This document shows positions 45,060 to 53,546 of a stretch of 64,000 nucleotides of DNA, piece by piece. Numbering within the stretch: the stretch's first letter is position 1; every line of letters starts with the position of its first letter. The notes beneath the pieces were generated by a model, which had not been told where the DNA came from, did no database searches, and saw nothing but the letters and a program-made list of their open reading frames with translations. The translations under genes were made by a program, and so were the position numbers. The DNA lies in assembly GCA_963833775.1 (NCBI GenBank), contig CAWHZH010000013.1, positions 24,330-88,329 on the forward strand, in the 5' to 3' direction. Source of the stretch: an uncultured Actinomycetota bacterium (lineage in GTDB: Bacteria > Actinomycetota > Actinomycetes > Propionibacteriales > Nocardioidaceae).

Positions 45060-45145
45060 ACTCGTGTGAAGCGAGACTGTACAAAGTTGCATGGCAATGC
45101 ACAAGCGTTCCCATGCCCCGTGGGCGTGTCGCCCTCGTCATCGGG

Positions 45146-46090
45146 TCAGGCGGGGGGCTCCGGGCTCAGACTGACGCCGGCATCCCGAGCCACCGCCAGG
45201 ATCAAGCTCGCGAAGTCCTTGCCGTCGCCCAGGCCGCTGCTCACGAGCCGTGAGTAGGCGACCTCCGTCTCCGTGAGGACGGGCATCGGCACCTCCGCCG
45301 CGCGAGCCAGGTCGAGGGCCAGGCGGATGTCCTTGCGCTGGCCCTCCGGCGTGAAGGCGACCGGGAAGGCCAGCTCGACCAAGGGTTGGGTCTTGTAGCG
45401 GCTGAACGGTGACCCGATGGCACTGTCGTTGACGAACCCCATCAGGGCCGCACGCGAGACACCGCCTCGGTCGGCCAGCACCGCGATCTCGGCCAGGGAC
45501 TGCATCGTCACTCCCAGGAGAGCGTTGGTGCACAGCTTCACGATGTTGGCTTCCGCACGCGAGCCCACTCGATGCACCGAACGCCCCATCCGCAGGCAGA
45601 GCTCCTCGGCGACATCGAGACCGTCCGCGTCGCCGGACAGGGCGAAGATCGCGTTCCCGGACTCCACCACACCGGGGTTGCCACTGACCGGGGCCGACAC
45701 GTAGGCGACCCCCGCCCGGGCAGCGGCGTCGGCGGCGGCCATAGCCGCCCGTGGCGACACCGTCGACCCGTCCACCCACAGGGTGAGGCTGCGGGTGTCC
45801 TCCGTGCCCGAGAGGATGCCGGTTCGGGGGTCATGAAGTGCCGCGAGGGCACCGTCGTCGAGCACCATCGAGAAGACGACGTCGCGAGCAGCCGCCTCCG
45901 TCAGGCTCTCGAGCCGGTCAGCGCCACGGGCCACCAGCGCATCGCACCTGTCGCGCGTGCGGTTCCACACAGACAGGGGCGTCCCTGCGTCCAGGAGACG
46001 GGACGCCATCACCGATCCCATCCGGCCCAGGCCGACGAAGGCCACCCTCGTCTGGTCACCGTCGTCGGCCGGCTGTGGGACATCACTCAT
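45146..46090 (-). CDS. NAD(P)-dependent beta-hydroxyacid dehydrogenase (3-hydroxyisobutyrate dehydrogenase-like)
   Basis: 'VAFVGLGRMGSVMASRL' dinucleotide fold, 314 aa, and a strong AGGAGGAG RBS upstream. Confidence 0.8.
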   Translation of the reverse strand: MSDVPQPADDGDQTRVAFVGLGRMGSVMASRLLDAGTPLSVWNRTRDRCDALVARGADRLESLTEAAARDVVFSMVLDDGALAALHDPRTGILSGTEDTRSLTLWVDGSTVSPRAAMAAADAAARAGVAYVSAPVSGNPGVVESGNAIFALSGDADGLDVAEELCLRMGRSVHRVGSRAEANIVKLCTNALLGVTMQSLAEIAVLADRGGVSRAALMGFVNDSAIGSPFSRYKTQPLVELAFPVAFTPEGQRKDIRLALDLARAAEVPMPVLTETEVAYSRLVSSGLGDGKDFASLILAVARDAGVSLSPEPPA

Positions 46091-46129
46091 CGTGTCTCCT
46101 CCTGTGGCTCGTCTCGACGAACACGCGGG

Positions 46130-46822
46130 TCAGGCCTTGTCGAACACCGAGGGATGGTGGCTGAGCTCGACGCGAGTGCGTCTGATGTGGCCTTCCAGGA
46201 CCTGTTCAGCGTCGGTGGAGTTGCGGCGCTCCAGCGCATCGAGGAGCAGTCGGTGTTCGGAGTTCACGACCCACATCCGCTGCTGGCCGCCCAGAGCGAC
46301 GTAGGCGCGGCGGTAGTGCTGGGTGGAGTTCCACAGTCGGGTGACCATCGCGTTCAGCGGTTCGATGTGACAGCCCGCGTAGCTGCCGAGATGGAACTCA
46401 CGGTCGAGCTCGATGAAGCGTCCCAGGTCCGGGTTTGCTTCGATCTGTTCCTGGATGCCCGCGAGGCGTGCCAGGTCGTCATCGGTCAGCTGCGGCAGGC
46501 TCTCGGCCAGCGCGACCGGCTCGAGGCGCTCGCGCATCCGATACACGACGTCGAGCTCGTGCATCGACAGGCTCGGAACGCTGGCCCCCTTGTGGCGTTC
46601 GTGGGCCACGAGTCCTTCTGCCTCGAGAATGCGGAGGGCCTCCCGCACCGGGAGCCTGCTGGCGCCCGTCCGATCGGCGATCTCCTCCTGCCGGATCCGA
46701 TCGCCCGGCTTCAGCTCGTCGCGGAGGATCAGATCCCGGACGTACGACGCGATTCGCGCCGACGCTGCTCCCTGAGGTTCTGGGTCGGCGCCGCTCTCCG
46801 TGGACACCTCCACGGCCGTCAC
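46130..46822 (-). CDS. GntR family transcriptional regulator (FadR/FCD subfamily)
   Basis: wHTH 'GDRIRQEEIADRTGASRLPVREALRILEAEGLV', a C-terminal all-helical FCD-like domain ('ELDREFH'), and a GTG start overlapping the VOC stop (GTGA). Confidence 0.85.
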   Translation of the reverse strand: MTAVEVSTESGADPEPQGAASARIASYVRDLILRDELKPGDRIRQEEIADRTGASRLPVREALRILEAEGLVAHERHKGASVPSLSMHELDVVYRMRERLEPVALAESLPQLTDDDLARLAGIQEQIEANPDLGRFIELDREFHLGSYAGCHIEPLNAMVTRLWNSTQHYRRAYVALGGQQRMWVVNSEHRLLLDALERRNSTDAEQVLEGHIRRTRVELSHHPSVFDKA

Positions 46823-47325
46823 CTCTCAGCCTTGGCGAGTGGATGCTCGCGATCCCAGGCCTTGCCGTGCGGGTAGCAGACCAGCTCGAACTGCATCCCC
46901 CACGGGCTGAGGAAGTAGATCCACCGGTTCCCCTCTGCCGGCCCCTTGCTCGCCGTCGGTCCGTCGAAGACCGTGATCCCTTCCGCACGCAGGTGGTCGA
47001 CAGCGGCGTCGATGTCGTCGACGTAGAGAGCCAGGTGGTGTCCGCCGATGTCGCTGTTGCGCGGGATCATGTCGCGTTGGTCAGGGGCCTCGTAGTGGAA
47101 CACCTCGAGGACCGCCTGGTCCCCGCAGCGGAACCAGCGATTCAGCATCCGTGTCTCCGGGTGCACGTTGAGATGGGTCGTCATCCAGTCGCCGTCGGGC
47201 TCGTAGGGCCCCAGCGTGTAGAGGTACTCGCAGCCGAGAACCTCCACCAGGAAACGGTGGGCCTCCTCGATGTCGGGGACCGTGAAACCCACGTGATCGA
47301 ACCGCCGCAGACCTGGCATGCCCAT
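46819..47325 (-). CDS. VOC (glyoxalase/bleomycin-resistance/extradiol dioxygenase) family protein
   Basis: Derived from ORF 46819-47388, with the start at ATG 47325 or 47319 (MGMPGLRRFDHVGFTVPDIEEAHRF...). 'GGHHLALYVDDID' and 'PWGMQFEL'. Confidence 0.75.
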   Translation of the reverse strand: MGMPGLRRFDHVGFTVPDIEEAHRFLVEVLGCEYLYTLGPYEPDGDWMTTHLNVHPETRMLNRWFRCGDQAVLEVFHYEAPDQRDMIPRNSDIGGHHLALYVDDIDAAVDHLRAEGITVFDGPTASKGPAEGNRWIYFLSPWGMQFELVCYPHGKAWDREHPLAKAER

Positions 47326-47340
47326 CTCAGGCTCCGTTCT

Positions 47341-47411
47341 GGATCCGAAATACCGGAAAATATGTCTCAGCGGGACCTTTTCTACCATGTACGTCTGGTA
47401 TTGGATCCAAT
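47341..47411. promoter_or_regulatory. Candidate GntR operator(s) in the divergent control region: inverted repeat GGATCC(ga)AATACC ... GGTATTGGATCC and the perfect 12-bp palindrome ATTGGATCCAAT (47400-47411)
   Basis: A 121-bp, locally AT-richer intergenic region between the VOC/GntR operon start (47325) and the E1 start (47447). The arms lie at 47341-47354 and 47397-47408. Confidence 0.4.
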
Positions 47412-47446
47412 CCTGTGTCAGTCTGCCTCAGATCGAAGGAGGCACC

Positions 47447-49624
47447 ATGCCCGAGCACCGCCCGCTGCAGCCAGCCTCGCCCTGGGTGCAGGTCGTCGCG
47501 ACCGACGCCGACTGGGACGCCGCAGGCGAGGAGCTGCTGCGCACGATCTACGCGCAGCTGGTCTGGATCCGTTCCTTCGAGCAGTACGTGCTCGACCTCG
47601 CAGGCGCGGGACTCATCCACGGGCCGGCGCACTCCAGCATCGGCCAGGAGGGCGGTGCCGTCGGCTCGATCCTGGCGCTCACCAGCGAGGACTCCGTGAA
47701 CGGGTCGCATCGCGGGCACCACCAGTTCCTCGCCAAGGCACTCCACCACGTCGAGCCCAAGGGGCTCGACCCCTTGGCCGCGCCGAGCGACGAGATGCGC
47801 GAGGTGCTCCTCCGCACGCTCGCCGAGATCGCCGGGCTCGATCGCGGCTGGTCCCACGGTCGTGGTGGGTCGATGCACCTGCAGTGGAAGGAGGCCGGCG
47901 CGATGGGTACCAACGCGATCGTCGGCGGCGGGGTCCCCCAGGCTGCTGGCTTCGCCTGGTCCCACCGGCACGCGGAGACCGACGTGGTCTCCGTGACCTA
48001 CTTCGGCGACGGCGCCACCAACATCGGCTCGACCCTGGAGACGATGAACCTGGCATCCGCGTGGGACCTCCCGGTCTGCTTCTTCATCGAGAACAACCAC
48101 TACGCCGTCTCGACCACCGTCGAGGAGGCCACGGGCGAGCCACGGCTCTCGGCACGCGGTCTCGGCTTCAACATCGCCTCCTGGAGGGTGGACGGCATGG
48201 ACCCGCTCGCGGTCCACCTGGCGATGACGGAGGCGGTCGAGCACATGCGCAACGGCAACGGGCCCACCGTCGTCGAAGCCGACACCTACCGCTACTTCCA
48301 CCAGAACGGCGGCTTCGCCGGCAGCGCCTTCGGCTACCGGACGAAGGAGGAGGAGCGAGAGTGGCGGGCGCGCGACCCCCTCGCCCAGACCGCGAACCAC
48401 CTGATCAGGCTCGGGATCCTCACCGAGGAAGAGACCCAGCAGGCAGTCAGTCAGGCCAAGGCGGTCATGGACGAGATCGGTTCGGTCCTGCTGGAGCCGG
48501 ACCCGGATGGCAAGCCCGGTCAGCGCCGGATCAAGCCGGATGAGTGGCCGGACCCGGCCTGGGTGGATGTGGGCGTGCGCGGCGATCTCGCCGAGCTCGA
48601 CGATGCACCCCTGGTGGCCGATGAGTCCGCCGTCGCAGTGACCGAGACGAAGTTCATCGACGCGGTGGCGCGCGTGATGGCTCGTCGCATGGAGACCAGT
48701 GACGACATCGTGGTGATGGGTGAGGACATCCATCGGCTCAGCGGCGGCACCAACGGTGCCACCAAGGGGCTCAAGGAGAGCTATCCCGACCGGGTGCTGG
48801 GCACGCCGATCAGCGAGAACGCGTTCGCGGGCCTGGCCGGTGGCATTGCACTGGACGGGCGGTTCGTCCCCGTCGTCGAGTTCATGTACGCCGATTTCAT
48901 GTGGGTCGCGGCCGACCAGGTCTTCAACCAGATCGCCAAGGCACGGCACATGTACGGCGGATCCGGAGCGGTACCCCTCGTCCTGCGAAGCAAGGTGGCG
49001 ATGGGCACGGGATACGGCTCGCAGCACTCGATGGACCCAGCCGGGCTCTACGCCACGTCGGCCGGCTGGAGGATCGTCGCGCCGAGCACGCCGTACGACT
49101 ACGTCGGGCTGATGAACACCGCGCTCCGGCTCCACGACCCGGTGCTCGTCCTGGAACACGTCGATCTCTACACCTCGTCGGGGCCGGGACCGGTCGCCGA
49201 CTGGGACTACTGCTTGCCCGTGGGGAAGGCATCGGTGCGGCGCACGGGATCGGACCTGACGATCCTGACCTATCTGGCGATGACGCCCTTCGTTCTCAGC
49301 GCCGTCGAGGGCCAGAACGAGATCGACGCCGAGGTCATCGACCTGCGCTGGCTCGACCGCGCCAGCATCGACTGGGACACGATCGAGGAGAGCCTCACCA
49401 AGACGAACAAGATCCTGATCGCGGAGCAGGGTGCGCGGGGCACGTCGTACGGCGGCTGGTTGGCCGACGAGATCCACCGACGCTTCTTCGACCTTCTCGA
49501 TGCCCCGGTCTGGCGGGTGACCGGCGGCGAAGCATCCCCGAGCATCAGCAAGGTGCTCGAGCGGGCCGCGATCGCGCAGGAAGCAGAAGTCGCCGCAGCC
49601 CTCGCCGAGATCGCGAGGTACTGA
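47447..49624 (+). CDS. Thiamine-diphosphate-dependent 2-oxoacid/acetoin dehydrogenase E1 component, fused alpha and beta subunits (725 aa)
   Basis: Start at ATG 47447 after GAAGGAGG. The alpha part carries the TPP motif 'YFGDGATNIGSTLETMNLASAWDLPVCFFIENNHYA'. After about 370 aa the beta part follows ('VVMGEDI...GLKESYPDRVLGTPISENAFAG...'). Confidence 0.85.
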   Translation: MPEHRPLQPASPWVQVVATDADWDAAGEELLRTIYAQLVWIRSFEQYVLDLAGAGLIHGPAHSSIGQEGGAVGSILALTSEDSVNGSHRGHHQFLAKALHHVEPKGLDPLAAPSDEMREVLLRTLAEIAGLDRGWSHGRGGSMHLQWKEAGAMGTNAIVGGGVPQAAGFAWSHRHAETDVVSVTYFGDGATNIGSTLETMNLASAWDLPVCFFIENNHYAVSTTVEEATGEPRLSARGLGFNIASWRVDGMDPLAVHLAMTEAVEHMRNGNGPTVVEADTYRYFHQNGGFAGSAFGYRTKEEEREWRARDPLAQTANHLIRLGILTEEETQQAVSQAKAVMDEIGSVLLEPDPDGKPGQRRIKPDEWPDPAWVDVGVRGDLAELDDAPLVADESAVAVTETKFIDAVARVMARRMETSDDIVVMGEDIHRLSGGTNGATKGLKESYPDRVLGTPISENAFAGLAGGIALDGRFVPVVEFMYADFMWVAADQVFNQIAKARHMYGGSGAVPLVLRSKVAMGTGYGSQHSMDPAGLYATSAGWRIVAPSTPYDYVGLMNTALRLHDPVLVLEHVDLYTSSGPGPVADWDYCLPVGKASVRRTGSDLTILTYLAMTPFVLSAVEGQNEIDAEVIDLRWLDRASIDWDTIEESLTKTNKILIAEQGARGTSYGGWLADEIHRRFFDLLDAPVWRVTGGEASPSISKVLERAAIAQEAEVAAALAEIARY

Positions 49625-49626
49625 CC

Positions 49627-50931
49627 GTGGCGCGCGTGCTCAGGATGCCCGGTGTCGCAGCCAACGCGACCGAGGCCGTTCTCTCCGAGTGGCTCGTCGA
49701 GGAGTCGGGGGACTTCGCGGCCGCTGATGCGCTCGCAACGGTCGAGACGGAGAAGGCTGCCGTGGATGTCGAAGCCGACGTCGCCGGTCGGGTCCTCAAG
49801 ACATTGGTTCCACCTGGGGCTCAGGTCGAGGTGGGCGACCCGATTGCGGTTCTCGGCGATCCGGGCGAGGTGGTCGACGACATCGACGCGCTTCTCGCGT
49901 CCCTCGGTGTCGCTCCGGCCACCGACGTGACCATCCCCGAGCGTCGCGTCGTCCCCAGCGACCCCGAGTCCGCCGCCCCGCTGGCCGAGGAGGTCGAGAG
50001 CCCGGCAACGCCGGTTCCTCGGCCCGCGGGGACGGCCAACGGTCGAGTCTTCGCCAGTCCCCTGGCTCGCAAGATCGCCCACGACGCCGGCCTCGGAATC
50101 GACGAGATCACCGGAAGCGGCCCCCGCGGTCGGATCCTGCGCCGAGACGTCGACGCCGCGATCGCGGATCGCCCAGACGCACAACCCTCCCAGCCGCCGG
50201 TTCCTGCGCAGGGACACGACCCCTCACCAACGCGAGCACCGGCCGGCACCTCGAACTACCAGGAACTCCCCCATTCTCGAATCCGCCTGGCCACGGCCAG
50301 GCGTCTCACCGAGAGCAAGCAGCAGATACCGCACTTCTACGTGCGCGCAACCGTCCGGGCCGACCGCCTCCTCGCACTCCGAGCCGAGATCAACGCCGAT
50401 GCGGCGACGCGCGTCTCGGTCAACGACCTCGTCGTGAAGGCCGTGGCCGCAGCGCACCAGCGGATGCCGGAGATGAACGTGTCCTGGACGCCGGAAGCCC
50501 TGCGCCGGTTCGAGGCCGTCGATGTCGCCATCGCCGTCGCCACGGACCGCGGGCTGATGACGCCGGTGGTGCGCGACGTCGGTTCCCTCACCGTGACGGG
50601 GCTCGCGACATCGATCCGCAGCCTCGCCGAGCGTGCCCGTGACGGGAAGCTCAAGCAGAACGAGCTCGAAGGCGGCTCCATCTCGGTGTCCAACCTCGGG
50701 ATGTACGGCGTTGAGGAGTTCGCCGCGATCATCAACCCGCCGCAGTCCGCGATCGTGGCCGTGGGTGCCGTCAGGGACGAGCCGATCGTCGCCGAGGGCG
50801 CCGTCGTACCGGGGCAGGTGCTGTCCCTGACTCTTTCCGTGGATCACCGCTCGGTCGACGGTGCACTGGCTGCTCGTTGGCTCGCCGTGCTGGTCGACCT
50901 GCTCGAGCACCCGGTCAAGATCCTGGCCTGA
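49627..50931 (+). CDS. Dihydrolipoamide acyltransferase (E2) component
   Basis: GTG 49627, 2 nt after the E1 stop. Lipoyl domain 'ATVETEKAAVDVEA', E3/E1-binding domain 'ASPLARKIAHDAGLGIDEITGSGPRGRI', and catalytic 'SVDHRSVDGA'. Confidence 0.85.
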   Translation: MARVLRMPGVAANATEAVLSEWLVEESGDFAAADALATVETEKAAVDVEADVAGRVLKTLVPPGAQVEVGDPIAVLGDPGEVVDDIDALLASLGVAPATDVTIPERRVVPSDPESAAPLAEEVESPATPVPRPAGTANGRVFASPLARKIAHDAGLGIDEITGSGPRGRILRRDVDAAIADRPDAQPSQPPVPAQGHDPSPTRAPAGTSNYQELPHSRIRLATARRLTESKQQIPHFYVRATVRADRLLALRAEINADAATRVSVNDLVVKAVAAAHQRMPEMNVSWTPEALRRFEAVDVAIAVATDRGLMTPVVRDVGSLTVTGLATSIRSLAERARDGKLKQNELEGGSISVSNLGMYGVEEFAAIINPPQSAIVAVGAVRDEPIVAEGAVVPGQVLSLTLSVDHRSVDGALAARWLAVLVDLLEHPVKILA

Positions 50932-51051
50932 CCGGTCGGCCAGTGGGGAGCGCCTGGGACTCGCAGGGCAGCGAAGGCGTCGGGGTCCTCGGCGAACCGC
51001 GTTCGGGACACTCCATACCGTCGAGCCGGCCTGGTTGGCCAAAATGGGCCC

Positions 51052-52632
51052 GTGCTCGGACTCGAGATGGTGGTGCTGCTGGGGGTCGCCCTGGTCATGT
51101 GTGGCGCGCTCGCGCGCCGCTATCCGGTCGCGCCGGCGATCCTGCTCGTGCTGGTCGGCGTTCTGGTCGGTTTCGTCCCGCGGCTGCAGCACGTGCAGCT
51201 GCCGCCGGAGGTCGTGCTCCTGCTCTTCCTGCCTGCGCTTCTCTACTGGGAGAGCCTGACCACCTCGCTGCGCGAGATACGCAACAACCTGCGGGTCGTC
51301 GTCCTCTCCAGCACCGCCCTGGTCGTCGCGACCGCGGCCGCGGTCGCGGTGGCGGCACACGCCCTCGGCTTGGAGTGGGGGCCGGCGTGGGTGCTCGGCG
51401 CCGCGCTCGCCCCGACCGACGCCACCGCGGTGGGTGTCTTGGCCCGCGACCTGCCGCGACGTACGGTGACCGTGCTGCGCGCCGAGAGCCTGGTCAACGA
51501 CGGGACCGCGCTGGTGCTCTACGGGTTGGCCGTCGGCGTCACCGTCGGCGAGCAGCACCTGACCGGCTGGCACGTCACCTGGCTGCTGGTTCTCGCGTAC
51601 GGCGGAGGCCTGCTCGCCGGCGGGCTGATCGGCCTGCTCAGCTGGCAGGTGCGCCGCCGCATGGACGACCCGATGCTCGAGGCCATCGCGATGCTCGTCA
51701 CCCCGTTCGCGGCGTTCCTGCTGGCCGACAGCATCCACGCGTCCGGCGTGCTGGCGGTCGTCTCCTGTGGGCTGTTCATGAGCCAGGTGACGCCGCGGAT
51801 CACGGGAGCGGCCACCCGGCAGATCGTCATCCCTTTCTGGGCGCTCGCCACGACCGTGCTGAGCAGTGCGCTCTTCGTCCTGGTCGGGCTTTCTGCGAAC
51901 TCCGCGTTCCGTGGTCTGACCAGTACGTCGCTTCTGAGCGCGCTGGCCCAGACGCTGGTGGTGACTGCCGTCGTGATCGCGGTGCGGTGGGCGTGGACCT
52001 ACACCACGCCGTACGTGATCCGGCTCCTCGACCGCCGCCCGCAGCAGCGGCTGCGGCGGATCGGTGCTCGGCAGCGGACGGTGAGTGCGGTGGCCGGCTT
52101 CCGGGGCGCGGTCTCGCTCGCCGCGGTGCTCGCCGTGCCGCACACGCTGGACTCGGGTGCCCCGTTCCCGGACCGGGACCTGATCGTGCTGATCACCTGC
52201 GGCGTGATCGTGCTGACCCTGCTGCAGGCGCTGCTGTTGCCGGCAGTGGTGCGGTTCGCACGGCTACCGGTCGACAACTCGGTCGCCGAGGAGCTCCAGC
52301 TCGCCGAGATGTTCACCCTCGACGCGGCCATCGAGGCCATCGACGCCACAGCCGCCGAGCTCGGCAGCGGCGAGCTGGTCGTCGAGCGGGTCCGGCACGA
52401 GCTGGACAAGCAGCGCAAGCTGCTCGCAGCCTCCGGGTCCGAGGGCGACCCGGTCGTCCAGCACGACGACCAGTACACGAGCCTCTCGCTCGCCCTGATC
52501 GGTCGCCGGCGCGAGACCCTTCTCGAGCTGCGCGACGAGCAGCGGATCGACGACATCGTGCTGCGACGGGTCCAGGCCCGGCTCGACATCGAAGAGGTAC
52601 GCATCTCCCGGATCAACCCCATCGTCGACTGA
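51052..52632 (+). CDS. Na+/H+ antiporter (CPA1 family)
   Basis: 526 aa with about 11-12 TM segments. 'LLYWESL', 'GAALAPTDATAV', and a C-terminal soluble helical domain. Confidence 0.85.
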   Translation: MLGLEMVVLLGVALVMCGALARRYPVAPAILLVLVGVLVGFVPRLQHVQLPPEVVLLLFLPALLYWESLTTSLREIRNNLRVVVLSSTALVVATAAAVAVAAHALGLEWGPAWVLGAALAPTDATAVGVLARDLPRRTVTVLRAESLVNDGTALVLYGLAVGVTVGEQHLTGWHVTWLLVLAYGGGLLAGGLIGLLSWQVRRRMDDPMLEAIAMLVTPFAAFLLADSIHASGVLAVVSCGLFMSQVTPRITGAATRQIVIPFWALATTVLSSALFVLVGLSANSAFRGLTSTSLLSALAQTLVVTAVVIAVRWAWTYTTPYVIRLLDRRPQQRLRRIGARQRTVSAVAGFRGAVSLAAVLAVPHTLDSGAPFPDRDLIVLITCGVIVLTLLQALLLPAVVRFARLPVDNSVAEELQLAEMFTLDAAIEAIDATAAELGSGELVVERVRHELDKQRKLLAASGSEGDPVVQHDDQYTSLSLALIGRRRETLLELRDEQRIDDIVLRRVQARLDIEEVRISRINPIVD

Positions 52633-52721
52633 GCCGCAGCCCTCAGGTGTGCGGGCGGCCGCAGCATGGTCCCGTTTCGGGAACGGCTGGAGCTTGGTAG
52701 AGCGGCTCGACGGCCGCGGCG

Positions 52722-53546
52722 TCAGTCGGGGCGGAGGTTCACGCTCTGCGCTGGAGACAGGGAGACCGTCTGTCCTCGGGTCACGGTCCGTAGCGTGCCG
52801 GGAAGGCGACGAGTGCGCCAGAGGGAGACGAAGTCCTCCAGCGGCGACCTGAACACGCTGTAGTCGTCGTAGTGGATGGGCACCGTGAGCCCCGGCCGGA
52901 TCAGCTCGACGAGATCCGCGCCCTGGTCGTCGTCCATGGTGACCAGCAGGCCGAGAACCCGGGTGCCGCCGAGATGGAGCACCATCGCGTCGATCGGCCC
53001 GCAACGGTCGGTCACCTCGCGCAGCCACGGTCGATAGAGCGTGTCGCCGGTGATGTAGACACGGAAAGGCCGCCTGGAGTCATCGGAAAGCTCGAGTACC
53101 GACCCCATGACCGGCGGCATCAGCGATCGGGCCCAGCCGGGTGTGTGTTCACCCGGTGCAGAGACCACGCGCAGGCGCGCCGTACCGGACTCGAGCACCT
53201 GCTCGGTCCACGTACGCATCCCGACCACCTCACCGAACCCCCAACGCGTGAGCTTCTTGGCCGCGAGGGGAGTCGTGAAGATGGGTAGACCATGGTCGAG
53301 CTCGCGGCGAGCGATCCTGTCGAAGTGGTCCCCGTGCAGGTGCGAGAGCACGACGGCGTCGACCGGTGGCAGGTCACCTGGCTGCAGCGAGGGCTCGGTG
53401 CGCCTCTGAGAGAACAAGCCTTTGCCGAGGTAGGCGCGGTCACCTTGATGCAGGAAGTTCGGGTCGGTCAGCAGCGTGAAGGGCCCGAGCCGCAGAACGC
53501 TCGTGGCGGTGCCGATGAACTCCAGTGACGGAGCACCCATCGTCAT
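52722..53546 (-). CDS. MBL-fold metallo-hydrolase
   Basis: This is the C-terminal 274 aa of ORF 52722-54122, with the start at ATG 53546 (MTMGAPSLEFIGTATSVL...). 'VVLSHLHGDHFD' and 'HLGG'. The start overlaps the ndh stop (ATGA). Confidence 0.75.
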   Translation of the reverse strand: MTMGAPSLEFIGTATSVLRLGPFTLLTDPNFLHQGDRAYLGKGLFSQRRTEPSLQPGDLPPVDAVVLSHLHGDHFDRIARRELDHGLPIFTTPLAAKKLTRWGFGEVVGMRTWTEQVLESGTARLRVVSAPGEHTPGWARSLMPPVMGSVLELSDDSRRPFRVYITGDTLYRPWLREVTDRCGPIDAMVLHLGGTRVLGLLVTMDDDQGADLVELIRPGLTVPIHYDDYSVFRSPLEDFVSLWRTRRLPGTLRTVTRGQTVSLSPAQSVNLRPD

